DNA from: Chitinophagales bacterium
GTDB taxonomy: Bacteria > Bacteroidota > Bacteroidia > Chitinophagales > JADIYW01
DNA: 64,000 nt
Direction of reading: 5' to 3'
Assembly: GCA_041393015.1 (NCBI GenBank)
Contig: JAWKKV010000002.1
Span: 513,279 to 577,278, forward strand
Positions within the stretch are counted from its first letter, which is position 1, and every line of letters begins with the position of its first letter. The notes under the pieces are model-generated. The model did not search any database and was not told the origin of the DNA. It worked only from the letters and a program-made list of their open reading frames with translations. The translations under genes were made by a program, and so were the position numbers. This document shows, one piece after another, positions 20,165 to 30,900 of this stretch.

Positions 20165-20216
20165 GCCAAATCAATCGCGCCCCGCAACAATCCCTCGCAA
20201 GCTGCCGTGATTTGGC
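20165..20216. repeat. GC-rich island bounded by a 9-bp inverted repeat (gccaaatca ... tgatttggc)
   Basis: Seen directly. The enclosed 34 nt (cgcgccccgcaacaatccctcgcaagctgccg) are strikingly GC-rich for this genome. A T-run follows. Confidence 0.4.
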
Positions 20217-20379
20217 GAGCCAACGCTTTTTGGTTTTGCTGTAAATACAGGTTCACGTAATTATTATATCAACCCGTTTTACAACACTATAAGATGAATA
20301 AAGAGTAGTAGTTTATGTAGGCTTTAGAAAACCTTACTTAACATAATATAAATTATAGGCTAATTGTTTAGATTGCTAA

Positions 20380-20727
20380 CTATGATAAGATATCAATTAG
20401 TACTGCATGTATTTTACCAAAATCTTTAGATGATAATCTACCTCGTACGCTAGAAACTCTATCAAATGATATTGTTCTTAATTGATGACATAAAGCATAA
20501 GAATCTACAGATAAGTCCGAAGTTTCTTTACTTAAGCTAACAATTGTAAATAATGGATATTTAGGTTTTTTACTTGTGCAAGGAACAACTAGCAACAATT
20601 TGAGATTATTGAAAGGTTTAATTATGATACAAGGTCTTTCCATTCCTTGTTCATGTCCTTTTACTTCTTTAGGTGGTTGACCTAAATCTACATTAATGAT
20701 TTCACCTCTTTTGAACTTAGAAATCAT
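20380..20727 (-). CDS. mazF: MazF/PemK-family mRNA interferase toxin (type II TA toxin)
   Basis: GEIINVDLGQP..G.EQG..RPCIII...LLLVVPCTS is the canonical MazF/Kid fold motif series; 115 aa. Confidence 0.8.
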   Translation of the reverse strand: MISKFKRGEIINVDLGQPPKEVKGHEQGMERPCIIIKPFNNLKLLLVVPCTSKKPKYPLFTIVSLSKETSDLSVDSYALCHQLRTISFDRVSSVRGRLSSKDFGKIHAVLIDILS

Positions 20728-20729
20728 AT

Positions 20730-21500
20730 TTAATAATAGTTTTCAGCGAAATCTTGTAAACCAAAATCTGCAAGCTGGTTTTGCTCTTTTATAAACTCTT
20801 TATCAAACACTTCATTAGAATCAAAACCCGAAATGTGATTCCGTTTCAAAATTCCTAATTCATAAGCAATTGCAACATATTCTTGTGCCGATTCAGCCAC
20901 AATACTTGATAGTTCTGTTATGAATTTCTTAGTTACATTAATATCCTGAGAATCTTCAATAATAGCTGTTGTTAAAATAATCAATTCAAACAAGAGCGAA
21001 TTATTTACAAAATCTAACCAGTTTTGTGCGTTTTCATCAGCTACGTAGGCAAATGAAGACAGCAATTGTTGATAGGTTATTGGTGGCAATTCAGCTAGAT
21101 TATTTGCGAGATTTTGCCCTGACTGCTCTATATTTGTTGTTAATGCAGCTAAAACTCTTTTGTTACAACGCAAAGCAAACAATATACTTTCTGCTAAACT
21201 GGCATAAACAGTATTGTTGGCTAGTTCTTCAAATTCGGGTACTATTTTCTCAATTGAAATTGACAAATCAAAATCTCTATCTTTCATCAACCACTTAATG
21301 GCCTTCAATCGAAAATTGAAAACGGTTGGCAACATTTCAACTAGTTGTGATTTTACCTTTTTAGAATTTCCACTCTTTAAAAAAATGGTTACTTCCTTAA
21401 CTAGTTTCGTAACCTCTCTCTTCATATCCGAATCTAAATCTTCTCGATGATTCATCATTTGTAGACAGATAATATCAAAATTTTGTACTGGCGCTGACAT
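20730..21500 (-). CDS. hypothetical 256-aa protein translationally coupled to mazF, putative non-canonical antitoxin or partner
   Basis: Its stop codon (20730-20732) lies 2 nt upstream of the mazF ATG (20727). No recognisable MazE/AbrB, RHH or HTH motif. Confidence 0.4.
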   Translation of the reverse strand: MSAPVQNFDIICLQMMNHREDLDSDMKREVTKLVKEVTIFLKSGNSKKVKSQLVEMLPTVFNFRLKAIKWLMKDRDFDLSISIEKIVPEFEELANNTVYASLAESILFALRCNKRVLAALTTNIEQSGQNLANNLAELPPITYQQLLSSFAYVADENAQNWLDFVNNSLLFELIILTTAIIEDSQDINVTKKFITELSSIVAESAQEYVAIAYELGILKRNHISGFDSNEVFDKEFIKEQNQLADFGLQDFAENYY

Positions 21501-21593
21501 AATATAAAGATACTGAATTAAATATTTAAACGATCAAAATTATAATTTGTTATTTAGAAGACTTTTAAAGTAATTAGAACCTTCTTATTTAGT

Positions 21594-21791
21594 TTAGATT
21601 TTTATGTAGAACAAATCATCATCGATTTCTTTTACTGAAGGATGATTAAGAATAACATCAACATCATTTTGTTCTCCACCAGCTCTTAAAACTATTTGTT
21701 GAATATACGCTCTATTAACTGTTTCTAAACTTTCAACCGCCATTTCGGTTTTTATAATCCCAAGATAAGCATCAATTGGAGTGTTTTTCAT
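21594..21791 (-). CDS. hypothetical small protein (65 aa)
   Basis: Provided ORF only. It lies between the HNH pseudogene and the mazF operon. Confidence 0.25.
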   Translation of the reverse strand: MKNTPIDAYLGIIKTEMAVESLETVNRAYIQQIVLRAGGEQNDVDVILNHPSVKEIDDDLFYIKI

Positions 21792-22255
21792 AATTGTGGT
21801 TTTAAGTTATACTTCAACTTTTGTTTGACAAAATAATAGAAAATTAAAAAGTTCCATTTCTAATATTCTCTTTAATCATTCCAGAGAAAGGTTGTTTGTT
21901 CTTCTTAGCAATTCTAATTCTATCAATTGCTTCATCAATATCTGCTTGAGATAATCCAGGTTGCACTGATAGTTTTGAAACCTTTGATGCTAAATTATAC
22001 ATTGTCCATTTATCATCTCTAATTTGTTTTATATCAGATCTATTTTGTAAATCTAGTAAAGAGATTGTGACAGTTCCTTTTGGTCCAATTGATCTCGGAG
22101 TAGATTTATAAAATGAAATTTCATTTAAAGGGTTCTCTTCGTATGGGTTGATTATACTACATAATTCAGCATTTAGGTCACATTTTGGTGTTGAAGCTCG
22201 TATTGCTGTAATTGGGAAGACATTTCCCTTATGTGCAGAAGAATTACATATTTTA

Positions 22256-23245
22256 ACCCGTTGTGCATTTAAATTTAGTTTAAGTTATTAATTTTTCTAT
22301 CTAAAATGTATTTGTTTAGATATTGAATAGTTGTCAAGGCAGTTATTTTGGATATAACTCTTGTTCTAAATCCAGCGAATGATTTAGCATAATTTCTTCG
22401 AATCATGAACTGGTCGCATAGTTGTGAAAACAACGTTTCTATTCTCTTTCTAGCTTTTCTAAATATATATGATATTGCTTATAATTTTTTTTGATTATTT
22501 CTCATTGGTGTTGATAATTCAATATTATTTTCTGTAAATAATTCTAGTTGCCAAGGTTGGCTTAGATACCCTTTATCTGCAATGATTATACAGTTTGAGA
22601 ATTGCTGTCGGATATCACTTAGATAATGGTAATGTCATGAACCGATGCACTAGATATATCAATAGATTCAATGATTCCAGCTACTCCACAAGTGGCATGT
22701 AGTTTATAGCCATAATAACTCATTTTCATGGAGGCACAATATCCTTTATCTGGCGCTAAGTCTAAATCTTGTTGACATATAGAACTTCTTTGGCTGCGAC
22801 TTAGCTTACATATTTCTAAAGGCATACTGTCCACTACAAAAATGTCTTCAAATTCATTGAACTGATTGGCGAGAAGCCTCCTAATTTGTTCAATATAAAT
22901 ATATAAACCCCTACGCCTTCGATTATAACCACTGCGATCAATTAGGTTTGGGAATTCAACTGATTTTAAGCGAATAAACAAATTGTTTTCACTATCTATT
23001 CCCATGTATTCAGCAGTAAGGTTGAGACTTACTAATTCAACATCAGATAGCTTAGGTAAACGACTTCTTTTGAAAAAATTACCATTTTCATCCAATATTT
23101 CTTTTCCTACAGATTTGATTACTTCTAAAATTTTATCGAAATTGTTCTTGAGGTTGTGCATAATAAATTGATTGTGTGATAATTATCAATTTACAGCTAT
23201 TTTAAAGCTGGCACAACCTTACTTTTTAACTAATGCACAACGGGT
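22256..23245 (-). mobile_element. IS982-family insertion sequence, copy 1 (degenerate). Terminal IR acccgttgtgcat / atgcacaacgggt; 7-bp TSD TATTTTA.
   Basis: About 98% identical to the copy at 59028..60018. The TSD tatttta is present at 22249-22255 and 23246-23252. Confidence 0.85.
22269..23161 (-). pseudogene. IS982 transposase (DDE), frameshifted in this copy
   Basis: The ORF is cut to 180 aa (22619..23161). Compared with the intact 297-aa copy 2 it carries indels in T/A runs (tttttttt vs ttttttt) and an atatatga vs atataagga difference. Confidence 0.7.
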
Positions 23246-23594
23246 TATTTTACAAGATAACAATAAATTCCTCCATCTGTATGCTAACCAATAGTAACCA
23301 GGTTTTGTCATAGCAGCCCCATTATTTTGCTTCCACCCTTTTTTTGGTCTATAATGTTCTAAATCTCCTTTATCTATAGGTTTTTCGCAATAACAACATT
23401 TTTTACCTTGACTGTTAACTAGTTCTTTTTTCCAAATATCATATGATGGATGTTTTGGATAATCATATGTGCCATTTGTAAAAGGAACAGGGTTGTTTTT
23501 GTACGCTACAATAACTCTATTTTCAATTACTCTCCATTTCTCATTTCCTCTATTTACTCCATTTTTGTATTTATCTGAAGGAGGAAAATTATCT

Positions 23595-25178
23595 CTACTT
23601 ATTTTTATCATTTATTTTACTCTTAGAAACTATTTTTCGAAGCAAATGCATTGTTTGGAAATCATTAAGCGTTTCACCTGTTGGTAAATGCCCTATTTCA
23701 TTATCAATCTTTTCTAGATATTCAATGTCCTCTATTGTTAAATTTGGCTTAGCTAAAAGTTCCTCTCTTTTTTTCATAAAGGGATCTAAATGTTTGGGTC
23801 TAGCACTATCTATATCAAAAAGACTACTAAGTAAAACTTGGTCTATTCTCCAATTATCAAAGTGATGTTCAAATTTTTCAATTTCAACCTTTTCATCTTT
23901 ATCTTTCTTAAACACAAAAACATCATCTTTTTCCATTGAAGATTGAACAACTAACGGACTGTGTGTTGCTAGAAAAATATGACTATTATTGTCATTTATA
24001 TTGAACTCTTTAATATGCTCAATTAAATCTCTTTGCCAATTGGGATTTAAGTGTGTGTCTGGTTCATCTAACAAAAACAAACAATCATCACGACCTGCAA
24101 TTAATATTAAACCCAAGACAGTAAGCATTTGCTGCTCTCCTTCACTCAATTCCGAATAATTAAGTGATAAGGACTGTCCATTTTTGATAAGTTCGCCATA
24201 TATTTTATAAATAATTCCTAATTCATATGCTGAATGTAAGATGTCAAAAAAGTGAATTGGGTCTTTTAGAAATTTGGGCAAGTTTTTAATTAACTCTTTG
24301 TATTTTATTTTATCAATAATTATAAACTCATTAATGTTATCCTCAATACTTTCCTCTTCATCTCTATAAGCATTTGGCTCGTCAAGATTATTATCATACA
24401 ATAAACTTATAAAATCATCTATTTTTCCCGTAATTCCCCAAAAATTATTTCTTGAATTTTTATCTAATAAATTGCTAATTAACTTATCTACTGACTTTTC
24501 TTTATAACTATTATAAAAGCCCGGATTATTGAAGGCAATAGCGACTTTGCTTTTTTCATCTATTTCTAAATAGTTATATAATAAATCATCTATTTTATCT
24601 TTAAAATCAGCATCATTTCTAAACATAGAAAGTGTAAAAAATAACAATTCGCCACAGTTTTCTTCAGTAAAAAAAAGACGACCTAAAGCTGGAAAATTTT
24701 GATCATTATCTCTTTTTTTTATATTATTTATCCTCTTTGTTTTATGCTTTTGAAAAAACTTTTTAATCCTACTGTTTTCGCCTGAATAATAACCAATAAT
24801 ATAATCAGGTGTGTAGTTTAGTTTATCTCTTTTAAAGGTTTTGAAATCTATTTCTTGATATTCTTTGTCCTTTATATTTTTTACTTTAATCACTAGCTTA
24901 TTGTCAATGACACTAAAATGGATAGAATGATCTTTACAATCGTACTCAATGATAAATTCATATAATTTTGGACTATTTACATTGTCATTTACAATAGTGA
25001 AATCTTCTTCTTTTTCTGCTAAATCTATAGAACTAAAAATATAGGCTATAATTTCAAGTAGATTAGATTTACCCAATCCATTTTTTCCAATTAATAAAGT
25101 GACCAATTCGGCATTAAAATGCAGTTTTATGTCTTCTAGGTTTTTATAACTTGGTATTTCTAAATAGGTAATGCGCAT
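23595..25178 (-). CDS. ABC/AAA_21-type ATPase (Septu PtuA-like / OLD-N-terminal-like)
   Basis: Walker A GKNGLGKSN near the N-terminus; a C-terminal LLDEPDTHLNP (Walker B/D-loop) and LATHSP H-loop. It overlaps the hsdS stop by 1 nt and the downstream HNH start by 17 nt. Confidence 0.65.
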   Translation of the reverse strand: MRITYLEIPSYKNLEDIKLHFNAELVTLLIGKNGLGKSNLLEIIAYIFSSIDLAEKEEDFTIVNDNVNSPKLYEFIIEYDCKDHSIHFSVIDNKLVIKVKNIKDKEYQEIDFKTFKRDKLNYTPDYIIGYYSGENSRIKKFFQKHKTKRINNIKKRDNDQNFPALGRLFFTEENCGELLFFTLSMFRNDADFKDKIDDLLYNYLEIDEKSKVAIAFNNPGFYNSYKEKSVDKLISNLLDKNSRNNFWGITGKIDDFISLLYDNNLDEPNAYRDEEESIEDNINEFIIIDKIKYKELIKNLPKFLKDPIHFFDILHSAYELGIIYKIYGELIKNGQSLSLNYSELSEGEQQMLTVLGLILIAGRDDCLFLLDEPDTHLNPNWQRDLIEHIKEFNINDNNSHIFLATHSPLVVQSSMEKDDVFVFKKDKDEKVEIEKFEHHFDNWRIDQVLLSSLFDIDSARPKHLDPFMKKREELLAKPNLTIEDIEYLEKIDNEIGHLPTGETLNDFQTMHLLRKIVSKSKINDKNK

Positions 25179-26449
25179 TACTTTTTCTTTTTACCTTTTT
25201 TATTTATCTCTTCTTTCAGTTTATTAATCTGTTTCAACAATTCTTTAGCATCTCCATCTGTTGGCAATTGCTCTACTAATTCACCTTTAAATGCCTTATG
25301 CAATATAGATTGAGGAAGTGTAACCATCTTTTCTTTAAGAGCTTCATATTGCGTTTCAATTAAATCTACTTTTGAAAATGAATCTTCAATTCTCTTAATG
25401 ATTTTATTCTGTTCTTCGATTAAAGGTAATGGAATTGTTGCTTTCTTAATTTTTCTTAATACTATCCTTTTAATGGCAGTACCTGACATCTCACCAATTA
25501 ATTCTTTAAAACCAATTGGGCTTTGAATGAAATATTTAAGATAAGATGGTATTAATTTTTCTTTATTGGTTTTAATAAGACAAACGCTGGATAACAAGCT
25601 AAAAGGCTCTTTTAAAGTATTTAATGTTACGTTACCAGTATTAGCTCCATCTTTTGTTAATAAAACATCCCCAAATTCTGGTTTACATCTGGAATAAATG
25701 CTATCGTGAAATTCCTTATCTACATATACGATTTTGGATAAATTCATATAGTTGTTTCGTATATTTTTGGAAGTTATATATAAGAACTTACTACCATCAT
25801 TTTCTGCATATTGCTTTTTTGGAGAATGATGAGCTCCATCTTGAATCTTCAAACAAACATCATCTAAAGTAACTCTATCAAAATTTGTTTGATAAGCTTC
25901 ATTTAAAATTGCTTGCCTAAAATTTTTAAGTAACTCTGGTATTTTTTCTAATCGTAATTTTACGTCATCTAATTGGGAAAATAGTGAATCTAATTTTTTA
26001 GTAATACGTTGTTGCTCTTTTAAAGGTGCTAATGGAAATTTAATGTTCCATAATATTTGAGGATCAACATGAGGAATTCCTGTTCCTCTAGTGTTAGTAT
26101 TTAAAAAATTAAAATTTGATTGTAAGAATCTATATAAATATACCGGTTCAATTGCAAATGGTTTTAATATTGCAATTGTAGACCCAACTGCTCCATTTTG
26201 TCCCATTGAAACCCAACCACTCCTAGCTCCATCCCAAACGATTCCAATAGATTTATCTTCAATCAAATTAGAGGATTCAACATCAGCATATCGTCTAACA
26301 ACACCTTTTTCAAAAGCCATTATATCTAAATAAGGCACAGAATCTTCGAAAAATTCATCCTTTAAAATTTTGGGTTTCTTCCCTTTCTTATAAGAAACTA
26401 CCTCTTTCAAATTTACTTTAACCCAATTATTTGGTAATTTATTTTCCAT
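25178..26449 (-). CDS. hsdS: Type I restriction-modification specificity subunit HsdS
   Basis: Two target-recognition-domain halves separated by and ending in conserved coiled-coil spacers. 423 aa. Its start overlaps the hsdM stop. Confidence 0.8.
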   Translation of the reverse strand: MENKLPNNWVKVNLKEVVSYKKGKKPKILKDEFFEDSVPYLDIMAFEKGVVRRYADVESSNLIEDKSIGIVWDGARSGWVSMGQNGAVGSTIAILKPFAIEPVYLYRFLQSNFNFLNTNTRGTGIPHVDPQILWNIKFPLAPLKEQQRITKKLDSLFSQLDDVKLRLEKIPELLKNFRQAILNEAYQTNFDRVTLDDVCLKIQDGAHHSPKKQYAENDGSKFLYITSKNIRNNYMNLSKIVYVDKEFHDSIYSRCKPEFGDVLLTKDGANTGNVTLNTLKEPFSLLSSVCLIKTNKEKLIPSYLKYFIQSPIGFKELIGEMSGTAIKRIVLRKIKKATIPLPLIEEQNKIIKRIEDSFSKVDLIETQYEALKEKMVTLPQSILHKAFKGELVEQLPTDGDAKELLKQINKLKEEINKKGKKKK

Positions 26450-27909
26450 TAATTGAGTTCTTTAATTATAGAATTTAAGGCTTTTGTAATACTATTTAAT
26501 TCCAACAATGCTTCTTTTGCAATATCAATAGGTTCTCCCAAATCTTCAGATTTACTTATGCTATCATCAGCAATTAAACCAATGTCTAAGGAGTCACCTT
26601 TCTTTTTAATATTTTCTCTAGAAATGGATTTCCAGCGCTCATCTTTAATTTTTGCTCTTTTTACATCATCAATGCTACCATCATAATCCATTAATACCTT
26701 TTCGGCTTCGAGTCCACCTGTATAGGCTTTAATGAAATCGTTAAAAGCTTCGCGAGTAAAAGGTGTGCGTTTACCATAATTTGGTACATTGGTACGCATA
26801 TCGTAAAACCAAACATTTTTAGTGTTTCCTGTTTCGGTTTTCCCTCTCGTAAAAAACAAGACATTGGTTTTTACTCCTGCTGCATAAAAAATACCTGTAG
26901 GTAAACGTAAAATGGTATGTAAATTACATTTATCCATTAAATCTCGTCTTACTTTTTGCCCATCACCATCTTCAAACAGCACATTATCTGGCAATACTAC
27001 AGCAGCACTCGATGTTCCATTCTTTTTTAAAGACCTGTAAATGTGTTGTAGGAAATTTAACTGCTTATTACTAGATAAAAAGGTTAAATCATCTCTAGAT
27101 GGTTTTTCTCCACCTTTTTTAGTTCCAAAAGGTGGATTTGCTAAAACACCATCATATCCTTTTAGTTTTTTACCAAAATCTGTTAATGTATCGTTTAAAT
27201 AAATTGTACTATCTAAACCGTGTAACTTAGCATTCATTAAAGCCAAACGATGTGCATCTTGTACCAACTCTACTCCACTTAAGGCCTCTGTTTCCTGAAA
27301 TTTTCTCTCCGTTTCGTTGGTGTTGTATACATAATCGTAACGCTCTTTTAGATAATGATCTAAAGCAATCATAAAACCAAAGGTTCCACATGCTGGATCG
27401 TTCCATTTCTCGCCTAATTTAGGAGCCATTAACTCCACCATTATATTAATTAATGGTCTAGGTGTAAAGTATTGTCCAGCTCCACTTTTCTTTTCATTTG
27501 CATTACGTTCTAAAAGGTCTTCATAAATTTGCCCCATTGTATCCCGTTCATGCTCATCGTACCAATCAATCAGATTAATCTGAGTAACTAATGTTTTAAG
27601 ATTTACGGGCTTACGTAATGTTGTTGACGCATTGGTGTAGATTTCCTTAATTGTATTGTTATCTGCCTTCTTACTTATATTGGCTAATAAATTGCGATAA
27701 CGATCAAACAATTCTTTATTATCAGTAATCTCTAACAACGTTTTCCATTGGTATTCCTCAGGAATTTGCTCATCAAATTCTTTAATTTCGGAGAGCTTTA
27801 AAAAAAGTATGTAGGTAAGTTCGTTTAAATATTGGTGATAAGTAACTCCATCATCTCGCAATACATTGCAAAGATTCCAGAGTTTTAGGGAAATTTCTTC
27901 TGCGCTCAT
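26449..27909 (-). CDS. hsdM: Type I restriction-modification N6-adenine DNA methyltransferase HsdM
   Basis: HsdM N-terminal domain, an AdoMet motif, and NPPFG (LANPPFGTKKGG). Confidence 0.9.
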   Translation of the reverse strand: MSAEEISLKLWNLCNVLRDDGVTYHQYLNELTYILFLKLSEIKEFDEQIPEEYQWKTLLEITDNKELFDRYRNLLANISKKADNNTIKEIYTNASTTLRKPVNLKTLVTQINLIDWYDEHERDTMGQIYEDLLERNANEKKSGAGQYFTPRPLINIMVELMAPKLGEKWNDPACGTFGFMIALDHYLKERYDYVYNTNETERKFQETEALSGVELVQDAHRLALMNAKLHGLDSTIYLNDTLTDFGKKLKGYDGVLANPPFGTKKGGEKPSRDDLTFLSSNKQLNFLQHIYRSLKKNGTSSAAVVLPDNVLFEDGDGQKVRRDLMDKCNLHTILRLPTGIFYAAGVKTNVLFFTRGKTETGNTKNVWFYDMRTNVPNYGKRTPFTREAFNDFIKAYTGGLEAEKVLMDYDGSIDDVKRAKIKDERWKSISRENIKKKGDSLDIGLIADDSISKSEDLGEPIDIAKEALLELNSITKALNSIIKELN

Positions 27910-27910
27910 C

Positions 27911-30900
27911 TTAGGCTGTTTCTATATATAAATTGTCATTAATAGTATCAAAAACATTCTGTAATTGATGACTAAATATTTTATCTAATCGCTTAAATCC
28001 GCCTGCTTCGTTAAATGGATTTTTATTTAAATCGTCTATATTCATTACTGTTTCTTGAAGCAATTGTTTTTCAAACCTATCTATCCATTTAGTTTGTATT
28101 GTATTCCATTTTTGCATTTCTCTTACCTTGTCAACAGCATTTTTAATTCGTTGCTCATGACTAACCAAAGAACTTCCAATTGCAAGTGTTCTTATATAAG
28201 AAATTATATCTGCTGCGATATCTTCATTTTTAGTATCTCGCCATGCAGCATTTAAGGTTCTAGAATTAAATCCCTCTTGATCAAGGATTAGCTTCAACTC
28301 TTTTAAAGACTGTCTGTCTAATTCTTTTGGTCGAGTACAAATGATTTGTAAAGCTGCAATTTTATTTACATTTTCTTGTATGAAAGTCCTAAAACTTTCA
28401 AGATAATCTTCTGGTTTTTGTCCTTTTCCATAACCTCTTTCCGTTGAAATATATTCATCTTCGTGTTCAGAAAAATATTGAGCCAAAGGCAAAGGTTTTA
28501 ACTCATCTAGAAATTTCCATAATCCTGCATATTGTTTAAGATTACTAATTGCTTCACTTTCAGGAATATCCTTAAGCATATTTATGAAAGCGTCTGGGTC
28601 TTTTCCTTTTGCGTTATATTGAAAAACTGCTTCGTTTTGTCCTTGAATTTTATTTTTCTTACGTTGCAATTTGGCAATTATTTGCTCTATTTGTTTTTTT
28701 GCTCTTTCATTGGATTCTATTTTATCCATCTCATTTACCAAATCTGTAAAAGTGGCTTTTGGATTTGGCACAATAGGTTTCATAGAAGTGTAGTCTTCTA
28801 AAGCTTCATATATCTTAACAGCATCAAATATTCTAAATATTTCTTTGCCTATTTCATCACAACGTCTTGTTGCTCGCCCAAGCATTTGTTCATATAGAAT
28901 TCTAGACTTTATACGTCTTAAGAATACGAGATTACTTATTGGTGGCACATCAATACCTGTTGTCAATAAATCTACAGTTACAGCAATATTTGGAAATTTT
29001 TCGTTTTTATAGCGTGTTAGTAGTTCTTGCGGTTTATATGACTTTCCAGTGATTTTTACAATTGCATCATCAGGCACATCAACTCCAATTTTTTCATATT
29101 CTTCTTTCAGGTATTGGACAATACGATCTGCATGTTCATCTTTAGCAGCAAAAATCAATGTTTTTTCTTCTCCTTCTGGGTCAATTTCCTGAACTAATTG
29201 CTCAACAACTGTTCTATTAAAAGATTCTGTAATTACCAATTTATTAAAACCTGTAATGTCAATATTTAACTCATCTTCTAATGCATCAAGTTCTACAACT
29301 TGATTATCTTCTTTAATATAAACTTTAGGCTTCTCTCCTTTCTCCCAAGTAATTCCCTCTTCACCTAATTTTGTTTTAATTATGTAAGGAGGATCATGAT
29401 CAATTAAAAAACCATCAATTACAGCTTCACGATAGGAATAAGTATAAACTGGAGAACCAAAAATCTCAGTAGTATGAAGTGCAGGCGTTGCAGTTAAAGC
29501 GACACAAAAAGCATCAAAATAATCAATGACCATACGATACTTGCTTACATAATCCCTTTGGTCTTTAAAATTCAATTCTTCGTCATCCAATTCTCTGTCT
29601 TGTAAATAACCTCTATGTGCTTCATCAATAATGATACAATCGTAGGTGTCAATTGGTAAAACATCGGCATCATTCTCTGAATAAAACAAACGCTTTACCA
29701 TTCCTTGAACGGTAGAAAAATGCAACCTTGATTCTAAATCTGGTATTACTGCTTTTAATGTATCTACTTTATAAGTGTCAGCAAACGTATTTAAATCTTC
29801 TATTTTATAATCTCCAAAATGGTTAATTGCTTGTGTTGCAAGCATTCTTCTATCCACCAAGAATAAAATACGCTTAAAGCGATTCGCTTTTATTAATCTA
29901 TAACATAAACCAATTATTGTTCTTGTTTTGCCAGTTCCAGTAGCCATTGCAAGTAATGCCTTTCTTCTTTTAGGATTAGTAGACAATAAATATTCTACTG
30001 CTTCTATAGCATCTAATTGATAGTCTCTAAGACTTAGGCCACTTGGATTCTTTAAATATGAGTTGTCAGATTCTTCTAATTTCTTATTAGATTCTTCAAT
30101 ATCTCTATCAAATAAATCTTTCAAACCTTCTGGCGAAAACCAACCTTTTAAAGGTCTTGCATGATTTCTTTCATTTCTAATATCAAGAAACCAAATACCA
30201 CTTTTAGTTTTAATTTGCTCTAAATAAGGTCTTCCATTTGTTGAAAATAAAAATGGCACTTTGTATGTTCTCCATTCTCCAAGTAACTTAGCATCGAATT
30301 TTTCTTCAACTAATTCAGCATATATTTTAGATTGATGTAAATCTGTCGAGATATCATTTGCATATTTTTTAGCTTCTACAATTCCAATCAGTTCTAATCC
30401 ATTAAAAAGAGCATAATCGGCCCATTTAGATTTACAAGGCCATTCTGCAATAGCTATATTTCTTCCTTTAACAGGAAGTGTTTTATTTGTTTTATAATTA
30501 AAAATAGAAGTTTCTACTTCCCAACCAGCTTGCTTTAATTGTTCATCTATAAGCTCTCGAGTTTCGGCTTCATTCATTTCAATTTTACTAGCAACTTTCT
30601 CTGATTTTATTAAAATTGCTTCTTTTTCCTCTTGAGCCTGTTCTTTTATTTCTCGTTCTTCTAAAAGCTTTTTAAATTTTATTTCGAGTTCATTAAAATC
30701 TTGTTCAAGAATGTGAAGTGCATGTCTAGTATCTAAATTTTGTGGAAGAGAAAATCTAACGTCATCAATAGAATCAATTGATTCCGCATATGTTTGATAA
30801 AACCATTTAGCCACTTTAAATGTAGAATATAAAGTAGTTTTTGCATCTTCTAAACTTCCATGACTATTATGAACTGCTTGATTACCTCTGTTTTTAATTG

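Larger units (their letters stand above)
21858..23611 (-). pseudogene. HNH endonuclease (Septu PtuB-like) gene disrupted by an IS982 insertion. N-terminal part 23246..23611, C-terminal part 21858..22255.
   Basis: Removing the IS and one copy of the TSD rejoins ...CCYCEKPIDKGDLEHYRPK...NLLLSCKI to CNSSAHKGNVFP... That restores a complete HNH motif (CxxC...H...N...CxxCN..K) in one frame, about 254 aa. Confidence 0.75.

Noticed and set aside
22983-23171. 62-aa plus-strand ORFs inside both IS982 copies (also at 59756..59944)
   Set aside because: They are antisense to the transposase and have no support.
23219-23245. Last 7 codons of ORF 23219..23611 (...RCALVKK)
   Set aside because: These residues are encoded by the IS982 terminal inverted repeat. 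The real HNH reading frame continues on the other side of the insertion.
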